Shown piece by piece: positions 56,411-57,720 of a stretch of DNA of 57,720 bases (position 1 is the stretch's first letter; every line of letters begins with the position of its first letter). Under the pieces are notes generated by a model. The model ran no database searches, was not told the DNA's origin, and saw nothing but the letters and a program-made list of their open reading frames with translations. Source of the DNA: an uncultured virus (IMG/VR IMGVR_UViG_3300008262_000056) (lineage: Duplodnaviria > Heunggongvirae > Uroviricota > Caudoviricetes); the IMG/VR virus record IMGVR_UViG_3300008262_000056, one strand, 5' to 3'. Made by a program: the position numbers and the translations under genes.

Positions 56411-56994
56411 AAATAATAATTACAGAAAAACAATATAATAAGTTAACTGAAGATAAACTTCAGAAACTTTGTTATACAGTATGGAACCAACAAAAAAAGA
56501 GAGGTGAAGAACCTTATATTGATGATATAATATACGACATTACAGATATTAGAAAAAACACAAATGAAGACTTTCAAATCATTAGACCCATTTGGTATAG
56601 ATACAACGGTGGATTTAATAACTTATTTGAAAAACTTAAAAATGAAATTGACGAAAAAATATTTGACCTTACAAGTGATTGGGGTAATCTTGATACAAGA
56701 GTAGAAGTTATTGAAGTAAGTCAGTTTGGTAGATTAGGTGAAGATTTTGGAGTAGATATATTTGTAAATGTAGATCCAAATGGAACCATGGATTTCCAAA
56801 TGTATGAAGAAGGAACCGATAACGAAATTCAAGTTAACGATACGATTGAGGCGGCTTATTTTGAAGCTCAATCCAATTATGAAGGAAGTGATCTTCTTGG
56901 TTATTTAAGAGGGGAAGTTTATGACCTTTTTTATAAAAAGTTAGAAAAATACGGAATTCCAATTGACGTGGATGTTGATCTAAAAGAATTTTAA
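56407..56994 (+). CDS. MKIIITE-leader family protein B'
   Basis: MKIIITEKQYNKLTE; body resembles 55530 (W.NQQKK.G). Confidence 0.7.
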   Translation: MKIIITEKQYNKLTEDKLQKLCYTVWNQQKKRGEEPYIDDIIYDITDIRKNTNEDFQIIRPIWYRYNGGFNNLFEKLKNEIDEKIFDLTSDWGNLDTRVEVIEVSQFGRLGEDFGVDIFVNVDPNGTMDFQMYEEGTDNEIQVNDTIEAAYFEAQSNYEGSDLLGYLRGEVYDLFYKKLEKYGIPIDVDVDLKEF

Positions 56995-57013
56995 ATATAT
57001 ATTTATTATCACT

Positions 57014-57250
57014 ATGGGACCAATCGAAAAAAAAATCTTAGAATTATCTAAAACAGAAGGACTTTCTGAAGAAACAAAACTTGCTTTGACTATAATTAAA
57101 AATCAAGTTAAAGAAGATGAAAAACGAATTGTTAATGAAGCATATCAAAAAGGTTACCACGATAAAGAAATGAGCCGTAGACCCACTTGGAACTACTTTG
57201 AAAGTAAGTACAAATCATTCTTTACAAATTTCAGAGTTGGTGAATTGTAA
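57014..57250 (+). CDS. Hypothetical protein (78 aa)
   Basis: TATTTAT at 57000-57006. Confidence 0.6.
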   Translation: MGPIEKKILELSKTEGLSEETKLALTIIKNQVKEDEKRIVNEAYQKGYHDKEMSRRPTWNYFESKYKSFFTNFRVGEL

Positions 57251-57267
57251 AATTTTTCGTATCTTTG
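57237..57267 (+). promoter_or_regulatory. Putative early promoter TTGGTG-N17-TATCTTTG (Bacteroidota -7 box)
   Basis: TAnnTTTG match 4 nt before ATG 57272. Confidence 0.55.
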
Positions 57268-57271
57268 TGGT

Positions 57272-57556
57272 ATGGAAGACTTAAACAAACTCGAATTACC
57301 CGAAATCAAAACTCTTTGTAAACAATACGGAATCGGGACCGTAGGTGATAAAAAAACCCTAATTAAAAAACTCAAATATTTCTTGGACCCTATTGAGGAT
57401 GTGTTAAATACACACCCTGGTAGAAAACTACCAAAAGATAAAAAAATTGTTGGTGCTAAAGTAACCAAACAAGAAGAAATTAATAATGTGTTAAAAAAGA
57501 AGGGTCAATTTTTATATTATTCTTTGGGTTATCATTATTATATGGTGACAGAATAA
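57272..57556 (+). CDS. SAP-domain-like DNA-binding protein
   Basis: LNKLELPEIKTLCKQYGIGTVGDKKTLIKKL fits the SAP pattern L..L...EL...L...GL...G.K..LI.RL. Confidence 0.65.
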   Translation: MEDLNKLELPEIKTLCKQYGIGTVGDKKTLIKKLKYFLDPIEDVLNTHPGRKLPKDKKIVGAKVTKQEEINNVLKKKGQFLYYSLGYHYYMVTE

Positions 57557-57587
57557 AAAAACTAGATATTTATTAAATAAAATTGGT

Positions 57588-57720
57588 ATGAAAAAACAAA
57601 TACTTGAAGAGCTTAATGATATTAAGTATCTTTTTAATTACAATAGAGGTAAAATTATTTCAGAACAGGAACAATTTGACGATGAAGAAGAATTCGTAGA
57701 TTATGATGATATAGATTATG
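57588..57720 (+). CDS. Partial late gene running off the window end
   Basis: MKKQILEELNDIKYLFNYNRGKIISEQEQFDDEEEFVDYDDIDY...; TATTTAT at 57567. Confidence 0.7.
   Translation, partial: MKKQILEELNDIKYLFNYNRGKIISEQEQFDDEEEFVDYDDIDY
57677..57720 (+). repeat. 44-bp direct repeat, copy 2 (runs to window end)
   Basis: Identical to 46803-46846. Confidence 0.95.

Noticed and set aside
1930..57468. Remaining 60-110 aa ORFs nested in or antisense to long genes
   Set aside because: Fully overlapped by well-supported genes, with no recognisable motifs or promoter signals.
1..57720. Eukaryotic giant virus origin, suggested by eukaryote-like RNR, LRR, SAP and mucin-like proteins
   Set aside because: gp25/gp6 baseplate genes, a bacterial sigma factor, amidase, operonic overlaps and intrinsic terminators indicate a bacteriophage.
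1..57720. Stop-codon reassignment as seen in some large phages
   Set aside because: Standard-code ORFs tile the window, and TAG/TGA end genes at sensible positions (e.g. 7085, 12755, 40652, 42046).

Overview
AT-rich (roughly one-third GC by eye), densely coding segment of a large contractile-tailed (myovirus-type, probably jumbo) bacteriophage, standard genetic code. The host is most likely Bacteroidota (Flavobacteria-like), judging from the short RpoD-type sigma factor, SprB-like repeats, an Hc1-like protein, TAnnTTTG boxes and the scarcity of Shine-Dalgarno sites. Layout: DnaB-like helicase and class Ia ribonucleotide reductase (1-4.7 kb); a ~29 kb baseplate/tail-fibre module (gp25-like, gp6-like, large Cys/Thr-rich proteins with PKD, SprB-like, Gly-X-Y and mucin-like segments) with an embedded glycosyltransferase; RuvC, primase, exonuclease, SbcD/SbcC and sigma factor (31.5-42 kb); lysis-like and putative head-internal genes (42-48 kb); Hc1, DnaJ, Dam methylase, an LRR protein and a tandem MKIIITE gene array (48-57.7 kb). 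Best leads: (1) a plant SERGT1/HPAT-like glycosyltransferase among Thr/Ser/Pro-repeat virion genes, suggesting phage-encoded virion O-glycosylation; (2) a ~125-nt GC-rich candidate RNA with a possible pseudoknot, bracketed by a late-promoter motif and a terminator, just after the sigma gene; (3) a family of late genes sharing an N-terminal leader, possibly a capsid-targeting cargo system; (4) a recurrent TATTTAT putative late-promoter motif. All family assignments come from motif recognition by eye, not database searches.
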